A stretch of DNA of 64,000 nucleotides from Chiloscyllium plagiosum. Taxonomy: Eukaryota. Below the pieces are notes generated by a model. It searched no databases and was not told the DNA's origin. It worked only from the letters and a program-made list of their open reading frames with translations. A program made the position numbers and the translations under genes. Of the stretch, positions 51,691 through 64,000 are shown in pieces (the first letter of the stretch is position 1; each line of letters starts with the position of its first letter). The stretch lies in contig NC_057750.1 in NCBI RefSeq assembly GCF_004010195.1, positions 2,858,112 to 2,922,111 of the forward strand, written 5' to 3'.

Positions 51691-52289
51691 AACTCAGAGA
51701 CTCTGCTTTCAAACCTGAATCAAGTTGCAAGCGACCCTGTTAGGGTGATTCCTTTCTAGTGAAAAAGTCAATGTAATTTTGGTGTATCCTCTAACATTTC
51801 AGATCAGATTATTTCAGGATGGACTACAGCCCCTTAAAACCTCATGTTTATATTCAAACCCTCCCACTTGCCCCATTCTCACTCTCATTCAGATATGTTT
51901 ACTCCCATGACACCATGATACCAGTGAGTTTGATCCTGTGCTGACCTATCAGCAATGTGTAGTAATATCCCACTGTGGGTTACTGGGCATCAAGCAAATC
52001 CAGGACATATTGAATGCAACCTTATTATCAAGTGCAGGGAGAGCTGTTAACCTGGGGCTGATGCTGGCGGAGTTCACAGGACAGGTCAAGTCTAGGGACC
52101 TGTGCATTTACTCATTAAGCCACAGGGAGACAGGAGCACATACAGAGCCAATCGTGAGACGCCTACATGGTGACCGGCTACCCTCTTCCCTATGAACGAG
52201 AGCAAAAGTTGCTTATCACCAGGCAAACAGAAAAGATTGTAGTATTGGATTAATTAGTTTCTCATCCTAAAACAATCAAATTAGCAAAT

Positions 52290-52890
52290 GTTATAGGATG
52301 TCATTTTGAGGTTGTACAGGACATTGGTGAGGCCTCTCCAGGAATAGTGTGTCCAGTTCTGGTCTCCCTATGATAGGAAGGATATCATTAAGCAGGAGAG
52401 GGTTCAGAAGAGATTAACCAGGCTGTTGCAAGGAATGGAAGGTTTAGTTATAAAGGAGAGGTTGGATAGGCTGGGACCCTTTTTCACTAGTGCATAGAAG
52501 ATTAAGAGATAAACTTATAGAGGTCTATAAAGTCAGGAAGGGTGCAGATATGTTGAGTGGTCGGTGTCTTTTCCCTAGGATAGGGAATTTCAAGACTATG
52601 GAGCATATTTGTAAGGCTGGATGAGAAAGATTTATAAAAGACATGACGGTAATTTTTTGTTTTTACAGAGTGGTTCATGAGTGGAATGAACTTCCAGAGG
52701 AAGTGGTGGATGTGGATACAGTTACAACACTGAAAAGATATTTAGACAAGTATATGAAAAGGAAAGGTCTGGAGGAAATAAGGGCCAAGCACAGGCCAGT
52801 AGGACCAGTTTGGTTTGGGATTATGGTTGGCATGAACTGGTTGGACTGAATGGTCTGCTTCTGTGCTCTGTGACTCTAGGACTTCGTGAC
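52290..52890 (+). mobile_element. CR1 3' fragment
   Basis: RVVHEWNELPEEVV; degenerate tail. Confidence 0.85.
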
Positions 52891-53004
52891 TATAAACCAA
52901 AAGAAGAATTTTGTGCTAGCTTTCACAACAGGACAATTCACGAGAAATACCAACGTAAAGGGAAAACCACATTTATACCGTGAGTATTTTTACACGCACA
53001 AAAA

Positions 53005-53627
53005 ACTTTGACAAGATGTGTTTATTTCATTATTATTCAATTCTATATGAAAAAAAAACAATTTGTAAACAAAAAAAAGCTTTAACTTTGTCTCTCTAAT
53101 TTCAGACAAGACAGATTTAAAATCTTGCTTCTGGGAAAAATCAAGTTCAATTTTGCCCTATGCAGTGCCTTTTGCAGCCACAAAGGGGCATCCAAACCCT
53201 ACAAGATGAGAATTATTTCAGTCACTATGATTATATACGTTCTTTTCATGACTGGATTTATTGAAGTTCACCAATACCATTTTTACTCCACAATTGAAGG
53301 GTATGATCACAGCCCAATTGAACAGAACATCTACAAATGAGCAAGAAACAGTTTTAGGGTGGAAATTCCTTTTTTTTTGACAACCAGTGGTTTTCATGGA
53401 TCTGCGTCCTGTTCCATCTGACTGCTGGCAGTCAGTCTTTCTAGGTTTGCTGAGGACTTTGGAGACAGAAACTGTGCCTTATGGACAAGGTGGAGATTTT
53501 ATTTCTTACTGTGACGTTTCCAAATGGCAGTCCCTAGCACCATCCATTCACCAAAAATGCTCCCCAAGATATGAGGAAGTCAGTCAGTCAGCCAGCCAGC
53601 CAGTGTAAGCAGGAGACCACGAGCTCA
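53005..53627 (-). other. Candidate alternative terminal exon of PAK4 (immediate TGA, ~620-nt UTR, poly(A) signal)
   Basis: Long polypyrimidine tract plus tgcag|TGA (AG 53629-53628); AATAAA at 53026-53021 followed by a U/GU-rich element. Confidence 0.5.
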
Positions 53628-53790
53628 CTGCATTAGGACAAGGGAGAGTGAATGAGTGAGAAGGGGAAAAACAGGTGAAGGGCTTAGGGCAGGTGAAGGT
53701 AAATGAAGTAACAGAGCACATTTCAGAGAAGGAAAGCAATTGAACAGATGAGGACTGGGGATTTCAGCACCTACAATAATTAATTTCATA

Positions 53791-55092
53791 ATGTTTGTGG
53801 ATGTAGGTTTGCTCGCTGAGCAGGAAGGTTTATTTCCAGACGTTCCATTACCCACCAGGTAACGTCTTCAGTGGGCCTCAGATGAAGCAATGCTGAAAAT
53901 TCCTGCTTTCTATGTTTGGATTGCTTTGGGTTAGTGATGTCATTTCCTGTGTTGTTATTTCCTGTGGTGAAGTCATTTCCTGTTCTTTTTCTCAGGGGGT
54001 GGTAGACGGAGTCTAACCCGACGTGATTGTTGAGAGAGTTCCGGTTGGAATGCCATGCTTCTAGGAATTTTCGTGCATGTCTTTGTTTGGCTTGTCCCAG
54101 TTGAAGTGGTGTCCTTCCTTATCCGTATGTAAGGATACTAGTGAGAGAGGGTCATGTCTTTTAGTGGCTAGTTTTCTGCCCATTTGTCCACCTTAGTGTT
54201 TGTTACAGTCCTTGCATGGTATTTTGTAAATGACATTAGTTTTATTCATTCTCTGTAAAAGGTCTTTCAAGTTCATTAGCTGCTGCTTTAGTGTGTTGGT
54301 GGGTTTGTGGGCTACCATGATGCCAAGGGGTCCGAGTTGCCTGGCAGTCATTTCCGAGATGTCTTTGATGTGGGGGAGAGTGGCTAGGGTTTCTGGACGT
54401 GTTTTGTCTGCTTGTTTGGGTTTGTTGCTGAGAAATTGGTGGACTGTGTTCATTGGTTACCCATTCTTTTTGAATACACTGTATAGATGATTTTCCTCTG
54501 CTCTGCACAGTTCCTCTGTGCTGCAGTGTGTGTTGGCTCGTTGAAATAATGTTCTGATGCAGCTCCGTTTGCGAATACCGTGCAAGAACTGTAACAAACA
54601 CTACACTGGACAAACAGACAGAAAACTAGCCACCAGAATACATGAACACCAACTAGCCACAAAAAGACATGACCCTCTCTCACTAGTATCCTTACATACA
54701 GATAAGGAAGGACACCACTTCGACTGGGACAACACATCCACCCTAGGACAAGCCAAACAAAGACACGCACGAAAATTCCTAGAAGCATGGCATTCCAACT
54801 GGAACTCTATCAACAAACACATTGAATTAGACCCCATCTACTGCCCCTGGAGAAAAGGAACAGGAAGTGACTTCACCACAGGAAATAACACCACCATAGG
54901 AAATGACATCACTAACCAAAAGAAACCCAAACATATAAATAGAAAGCAGGAATTTTCAGCATTGCTTCGCCTGAGGCCCACTGAAGACATTAGCCAGTAG
55001 GGTAATGGAACATCTGGAAATGAACCTTCCAGCTCAGCGATCAAACCTACATCCAAAACCTCAACCTGAGCTACAAATCTTCTCAAAACTCG
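53791..55092. mobile_element. Poseidon-like PLE, head-to-head inverted arms (junction ~54571)
   Basis: RT thumb plus NVIYKIPCKDCNKH on -; IPCKNCNKHYTGQTDRKLATRIHEHQ...FLEAWHS on +; TSD ttaatttcata at 53780-53790 and 55093-55103. Confidence 0.9.
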
Positions 55093-55104
55093 TTAATTTC
55101 ATAC

Positions 55105-55615
55105 AGTTACAGAAATGTACAGCATGCAAACAGACTTTTAGTCCAACTTATCCAAATCGACCAGATATCCTAAATTTTTAGTCCCATTTGTTATCGTCTA
55201 AACCCATCCTATTCATATACCCATCCAGATGACTTTTAAATGCTGTAATTGTACCAGCATCCATCACTTCGTTTGGCAGCTCATTCCACATATGCATCAC
55301 CCTTTGCCTGAAAAAGATGCCCATTAGGTCCCTTTTATATCTTCCCCTCTCACCTGAAAGTTATACCCCTAGTTTTGGACTCCCCTACCCTGGGAGAAAT
55401 ATTTTGACTATTTATCCTATCGACGCCCCTTGTGATTTTATAAACCTCTATAAAGCCACCCCTCAATCTCCATGCTCCAAGGAAACCAACAACAGCCTAT
55501 CCAGCCTATCCCTATAACTCAAACGTTTCAACCCTGGCAACATTCTTGTAAATCGTTTCTGCATCCTTTCAAGTTTAACAATATCTTTCCTACAGCAGAG
55601 AGACCAGACATGAAG
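55105..55615 (-). mobile_element. CR1 3' fragment
   Basis: Homologous to 6901-7500. Confidence 0.85.
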
Positions 55616-56092
55616 TCATAATTTCTGTAGCAAGGTCTCTATAAAGGAGAAGAAGCAGAGTAACCCCCATTGGTAAAGTGCCTATGTAGATTATATGTGG
55701 AGATTGGGGCCATCTTCACAATTAAAGGGGGTTCGTAGACCCAATAATTCAGCTCCTTCATAAAGGTGTCCAGTTGGGCGAGTTCCCAGTGTCCTTACCA
55801 ATGTACCCCTCTTTCCACAAGCATTTTATCAGGGTGGGGCTGGGGGCAAAACATCATGCAATGCCGTGAGGGATAAATGACTGGTTGCTTAATTCAAAAA
55901 CAATAATGTGACTGTTGATCCATATCCCAAACTTTAAATGTTCAATCGTATGTATTTTGCATTGGATAAGCACAGCCTAAAGACTATTCTTACCAGGAAT
56001 AATGCAGATAGATAGGGGGATTCCCAATCGTAGTTTAAATAGTAAAAAGATGCCATTTTCTATTCCATCTGTTTTCCCAGCCTTGTCCTTCA

Positions 56093-56260
<168 letters not shown>

Positions 56261-57122
56261 TCAACATTTGTCAGGTTGATTAATGCCAGTAACCTTAAGG
56301 AGAAAGATACTCCAAGACAATTTTAATTCTTTGTTACAATAACAAGATAAAGAGACATTTATAAAAGGCTTTGCTGCTGCCAAAACTGAAGTGGCTCTTG
56401 TGGCTCTGTGGTATGGTCCCACCTCTGGGCCAGGAGATGAGAGTTCAAATCCCACCTGCTCCAGAGGTGGGATTAGAAAAAGCAACCAAAATGGGGGTGC
56501 ATGTTTAAGTGGAAAAGGCTAAAATTTTATGACAAGGAGAACACATCATAATTGTCCAAAATTGAACTCAGGAGCGAAATGCATTTTCAAACTAAATGTA
56601 ATCATTTTAGATTAAAATTTCCACTTTGCTGTGCGCCCTTCAGCTGTTCAGTGTACATTTTTAAGTACATCTTCACAAATCTGTGTTGCACATTATTCCT
56701 GGATTGCAGTAACCATGTATAGGCATATGATTTAAGAACAAATTCTTCAGAATGTAGGAACCTTTTCTCCTCCACAGAATTGCAGGTCTCAGAGGCTGAT
56801 GTCTGGCCTATTCTAACTCTTTTTCAATGGATGGCTCTGGTCAACAGTTTGCCTTTGCCTCACTGCTCTCTGGACCAGCTCAGCTGAAACCAGCCAACTT
56901 AATGCACACATCACTACAGCACCAGCTTGTAACTGTGTGTGGGGTGATTCCCACCCCGCCATCTCCATCATACACCAACCCTCTTCAGAGCTGTCGCCCT
57001 CACTCCTGCAAAGCAATCAGGAGCTGTTTGCAGAAGTGATCAGAGAAGGGAGTCACAGTTGCACAGCAATTGCCATTTCACACATTTATGTGCCACTGCA
57101 GACGCTGATCAGTCTTGCATTA

Positions 57123-57341
<219 letters not shown>

Positions 57342-58464
57342 TCACACAGACAGCTCAGTTATAATCTAAAGAGGCAATCTCCCTCACCAAAATTTATTGC
57401 TCATAAAACATTTTATAGCCAGATCGCCGTGCTATCCTCAATCTGTTATGGGACAGCCACGCTCGCATCTCGGTTTCAGTCAGACTGCGGCAGCCTTTTA
57501 CATCAGATAGGTTTTTTCAAACTCAAGTTCCAAAACACATGAAATATATTGGAATGTAAGTTGCTTATTATTAATAACCACTGTACAGGAATGTAAGTCC
57601 AAGCATCAGAGACTACAGTTGCAAAGTGTCTCATGGCATAGGACAGGCAAGTGTTCAAACCTGACCTCCAATTTGCAAAAGGGAACTCAGCAAATCTGGT
57701 CCTTGGGGTCAGAAGATTCCAGTCTAAGTGAAGGGGTTTAAACACACTACACAGAAACAATATGTAGCCCGAACAGTCAACAGTAATGCTACACACAAGC
57801 CTCACCCCCTTCTCTACTTCACCTGCCTTTGTATATTTAACTAGAACTTAAATATATTTATGCCACTGAACTTACTGCCATAGGGATAAGTTCCAGGTTC
57901 TAACCACTCTGAATATGGATGCTTTCCCTGAATTCCTTATTCTTAATATCTTCTGGAGGTGGCCTAGCAAGTTGTTCAATTGCTTAATAAAAAACCCAAG
58001 GCACCAATACTCCAGGCCTGTAATAAACAAACATAGACACACGTGGACTGCAGCAATGCATTGTCATCTTCTTATCAGCGTTTGGAAACTAGGCAATAAA
58101 ATAGTGGCGTTGCCAGTAATGCACACATCCTGTGCATGAAGTATTTTCAAAAATATTACGGTCATGATGGCAGGCACTCAGGGCCATTGCAAACATTCAT
58201 CAGTAACCTTCAAGCACAACTTGTGTTGAGGAGCTTCTGCTTTGCAAGTCAATGCTACAACTGCGATTAGGCTATGTGCAGCCAGACCTACTCTGGTATC
58301 AGTAATGGCTTTTGCAAGTAAACACCAGACTTGGCATAAGTGTATTTATCATCCTGAAATTCCAAAGTGACTGCAAAATAAATGCTCAGCGCGGCTCCAA
58401 TTCTTCTGTACTCCATTTAGCTTTCCTTAAAAACTCAACTCAAGAGTTTAAATTCCCACAGGGA

Positions 58465-58878
58465 TGGCTCCTTCTTACACAGCTGGAGGAACGCCTCATA
58501 TTCCTCCTTGGGACCCTGCAACCAATTGGGATAAGTGTGGATTTCAACAGCTTCCTCATTCCCTCCTCCCCCCACATTATCCCAGTCCCAAGCCTTCAAC
58601 TCAGCACCACCCTCTGGACCTGTCCATCACTCCCCCCTCTGACCTGTCAGCTTCTCCCTTACCTTCATCCACCTATCGCTTTCTCAGCTACCTTTACCCC
58701 AAACGCTACCCCCTCCCATTTATCTCTCAGCCCCAGCCCACAAGCCTCATTCCTGAAGAAGGGCTTATGCCCGAAATGTCGATTCTCCTGTTCCTCGGTT
58801 GCTGCCTGACCTGCTGTGCTTTTCCAGCACCACACTCTCGACTCTGATCTCCAGCATCTGCAGTCCTCACTTTCTCCT
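58465..58878 (+). mobile_element. Neptune-like PLE 3' end with a family-1 pLTR and hammerhead (~58753)
   Basis: LEERLIFLLGTLQPIGISVDFNSF followed by ctgaaga-agggcttatgccc-gaaatgtc; this links family-1 palindrome arms to a PLE. Confidence 0.82.
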
Positions 58879-59489
58879 GGTTTCTCTTGTGCCAATGCAG
58901 TCCCAGAGCTGGACCCCAAGAGGATGCTCATTAATGCCTGAGCACCACATCCTCATTATCCACTGTAAGATCAGACCAAGTTCACAATGGAGCCTAACAG
59001 AATTAACATGGATCCACTTTACATAACCAGGTTATATGGAGGCCACGTCATTTGACGGTGGGATATTATTTTGCCAAGCCATGATTCCGATCATTTCAGG
59101 AGAAATCCTCTGCTCCACTGCCTTGAGGTCAGCCAGTAAATATAACAGGCAACAGAAATGGTCCAGGTTCAATTAAGGTCCACACTGCCTCAAAAGGAGA
59201 CTTTCATAAGGAGTGCTCCCAGCATATTTAGGTTGGGGCAGCATGCTAGACAGAGCAAATCAATTGCAATTCCCTTTCCCGGTCAGAATCTGGTGGTCCC
59301 TGCACCAGAAACTGCATGGGGATTTAGCAAGGTGGTGACTCTCCCATAGTCGAATAACCCACAAATTCTAATCATGGAGGCTCACAAATTACGATTTCAA
59401 TGAAGCTTTAGTTCTCATCCAGTCCTCAACCTGTCTCACCAACACTGACAGGAGAACACTGAGCCAGGGGATACTAGCAACAGGGGAGT

Positions 59490-60860
59490 TGGAACTGACT
59501 GACTGGTATGAAACAGGTTTGTGGTTAGTTACATTTTCAGGCCAGAGGAAGATTTAATGTGGAATCCTCCAGGGGTCAGTGTTGGGACCTTTACTTTTGT
59601 TGATATACATTAATGGCCTAGACTTTGGTGTATACAACACAATTTCAAAAGATGCAGAAGATATAAAACTTAGAAGCAATGTGAGTTGAGAGAAAGATAC
59701 CGTAGAACTTCAAAAGCATGGAGACAAGGTTGTGGAATGGCGATTTTTTAAATTCATTCATGGATGTGGCTATCACTGGCTAGGCCAGCATTTATTGCTC
59801 AGCTGTAATTACGCAGACAGCAGGCCACATGTAGGCCTGACCAGGTAAGGATGGCAGTTTCCTTCCCTAAAGGACATTAGTGAACCAGACGGGTTTTTCA
59901 AACAAACAATCAACACTAGATTCATGGTCATCATTAGACTCTTAATTCTAGATCTTGATTGAATTCAAATTCCATCATCTTCTGTTGCAGGATCCAAACC
60001 TGGATCCCCAGAGCATTACTTGGGTCGGTGGTTTAACAGTATAGTGATACCATGAGACCACTGCCTCCCTTTGAAGTGGCAGATGAAGTTTAATTCAGAG
60101 AAATGAGGGGTGATTCATCTTTATAGGAAGAACATGCAAGGACAAGAAGAAACAAAGGAGCATCTCTAAAAGGGGGCACAGGAACAAAGGGATCTGGGTT
60201 TGGACATTCAGGGATCATTGAAGGTGAAAGGACAGGTTGAGAGAGCAGTTAATAAAGTGTACAATATTCTAGACTATATTAAAAGGGTACAAAGACAAGG
60301 CAATCATGTTGTACTTATGGAAGACAATTATTTGGCTTCAGCTGGAATATCACATCCATTTCTCGGTGCTGCACTTTGGGAAGGATGTGAAGGCATTAGA
60401 AAAGGTGGAGACAAGATTCACAAGAATGATTTCAAGCATGGGGAACCTCAGTTAAGAGAGGGCAGAACTGTTTTTCTTGAAGAGAAGTCATTTAAGGTAT
60501 GAATAGAGTAGATCAGGAAAAACAGTTCCCACTCAGAGCCTCTACAGTGTGGAACTAAGCCATTCAGCTCATTGAGCCCACCTAGACCTGTCTGCCCTCC
60601 TCTCTCCCTGTAACTGCATTTCCCATGGTTAATCCACCGAGCTTGCACATCCCTGGACACTACAAGCAATTTCCTATGGCCAATCCACCTTAACCTGCAC
60701 ATCTTTGGACTGTGGGAGGAAACCGGAGCACTCAGAGGAAACCTACGCAGACACGGGGAGAATGTGCAAACTCCATACAGACAGTCGCCAAGAGTGGAAT
60801 CGAACCTGGATCCCAGGCACTGTTAGGCAGCAGTGCTAACCACTGAGCCATTGTGCCATT
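59490..60860. mobile_element. Old CR1 (+, ~59490-60500, with an insert at ~59745-60070) followed by a V-SINE (-, ~60535-60860)
   Basis: [10 protein letters not shown] remnant at ~59570; V-domain on -. Confidence 0.7.
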
Positions 60861-60899
60861 TTCCTCAAGAAAGGATCAAGAACAAGATTTAAAGCAAAA

Positions 60900-61798
60900 G
60901 ACTCAAAGGTGGAAGACAGAGGGTGGTGGTGGAGGGTTGTTTTTCAGACTGGAGGCCTGTGACCAATGGAGTGCCACAAGGATCGGTGCTGGGCCCTCTA
61001 CTTTTCATCATTTACATAAATGATTTGGATGGGAGCATAAGAGATACAGTTAGTAAGTTTGCTGATGACACCAAAATTGGAGGTGTAGTGGACAGCAAAG
61101 AAGGTTACCTCAGATTATAATGGGATCTTGATCAGATGGGCCAAAGGGCTGAGAAGTGACAGATGGAGTTTAATTTAGATGAATATGAGGTACTGCATTT
61201 TGGGAAAGCAAATCTTAGCAGGACTTATGCACTTAATGGTAAGGTCCTGGGGAGTGTTGCTGAACAAAGAGACCTTGGAGTGCAGGTTCATAGCTCCTTG
61301 AAAATAGAGTCGGAGGTAGATAGGATAGTGAAGGCGGCGTTTGGTATGCTCTCCTTTATTGGTCAGGGCATTGAGCACAGGAGTTTGGAGGTCATGTTGC
61401 ATATGTGGAGGGCATTGGTTAGGCCACTGTTGGAATATTGTGTGCAATTCTGGTCTCCTTCCTATCGGAAAGATGTTGTCAAACTTGAAAGGGTTCAGAA
61501 AAGATTTACAAGGATGTTGCCAGGGTTGGAGGATTTGAGCTACAGGGAGAGGTTGAACAAGCTGGTGCTGTTTTCCCTGGAGCATCGTAGGCTGAGGGGT
61601 GACCTTATAGAGGTTTATAAAATCATGCGTGGCATTTCCCTGAGGTGGGGGAGTCCAGAACGAGAGGGCATAGGTTTAGGGTGAGAGGGGAAAGATATAA
61701 AAGAGACCTAAGGGGCAACTTTTTCACTCAGAGTCGTATGTGTATGGAATGACGAAGTGGTGGAGGCTGGTACAATTGCATCATTTAAAAGGCATCTG
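60900..61798 (+). mobile_element. CR1 LINE RT fragment, cut at its 3' end by a family-2 PLE arm (~61800-61897)
   Basis: ORFs 60923..61120 and 61163..61684; hammerhead ctgatga-aggagcgttgctcc-gaaagcta at ~61807. Confidence 0.9.
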
Positions 61799-61939
61799 AC
61801 AATCATCTGATGAAGGAGCGTTGCTCCGAAAGCTAGTGTGCTTCCAATTAAACCTGTTGGACTATAACCTGGTGTTGTGTGATTTTTAACTTTGTACTTA
61901 ATCACTGATCAAGTTTTTTTTTAATATCACTTTTACTTG

Positions 61940-63018
<1,079 letters not shown>

Positions 63019-64000
63019 TTAACTTTCATGGGACTCTCCCCAACTACAGCCTTAGTTATGTCACCACCTTAATTATCAACATTAACAAGCATCATGGAAC
63101 TCAACATATTGGTATCAATATAGAAGCAATGTTCCCTGTAGTCACATTCAAAAGCAACTTAGAAAGTTCTGAACTGCATGACACAAAAACACATTCCCTA
63201 TGTGACCCACTCAATTCACAACACAAAACTACCTCCACCAATGAACTGTAATCGTCAGTTAGCGCTGGAGAGTTAATGTTGTACAGAGCTGTCTACCACC
63301 ACTCTAAGCTTTAATGTAAGGCATTAGACATATTCCTGCATGATTAATCACTAAACAAACACAGACTGTCACTGTGCAATGTCAGATGCTCCAAGTTTCT
63401 CAAGTTAAATTGTCGCTCCTGGTTCTCCCTCATCACTGTTGTCAGACCAGGAGCCCCCAGTATCTCACCTCAAAATTCATTAATAGATTTCAAGCCAGAG
63501 GGTGAAAAGTGAGACTAGATGCAAATCTGTTCCTTTACTGAGGCATTAGATATGTCTGCTTCCTACTTACCAAGCCAGCAGACCCTCTGTACAAGTCCCA
63601 AGACATTTTCTAATCACCTCGTCCACCCCCCGAAACAGAAATGTTCTAAACCCAGACTTCTGGAGCCAGATACTTATCACTGCACCACAAGAGCCCTCTC
63701 CGTACTTTTAATCAGCCTGCTCAGATTATGTTATGATACTTCTCTGGGGCAGATGGGACTTAAATTTGAGCCTCCTGGCTCAAAAGTAGAGGCCCTATCA
63801 CCATAAGAGCCTGTAAAAGTAATCAAACAATGTCCTTCACACATGGATCTTAATATAATTAAGATTAGGAAAAACGACCACTTGAAAAGGGAAAATTCTA
63901 TATAGTGTGCTTGAGACTAAAGTGGAGATTATAGATTTTAGCACATATTTGAGTGACAGCTCTATGTTCTCTATATTGCCATATAACCCTGATCATCAAT

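Overview
Vertebrate genomic DNA, almost certainly a shark, inferred from the V-SINE/HE1-type, Deu-type SINE, CR1 and Penelope repeat landscape. There are three assembly gaps (2794-3293, 11992-12846, 26479-26975). Two host genes face each other tail-to-tail. On + is a single-exon ANKRD63-like ankyrin-repeat gene (ATG 27341, stop 29245, 634 aa). On - are the last six coding exons of PAK4 (62949 down to 46224; the 5' part lies outside the window). Most of the rest is transposon-derived. The most striking structure is a set of at least 10 Penelope-like element (PLE) insertions from several families, 0.16-1.4 kb long. All share one architecture: a 10-18 bp target-site duplication (TSD), two arms joined head-to-head with both 3' ends facing outward, minimal hammerhead-ribozyme cores, and one arm consistently about 30-45 nt shorter than the other. 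Other points of interest: a candidate alternative last exon that would truncate PAK4 before DFG, an ANKRD63 paralogue beside PAK4 (mirroring the mammalian PAK6-ANKRD63 pair), a 33-bp minisatellite expanded inside a SINE, and several local templated or inverted duplications.
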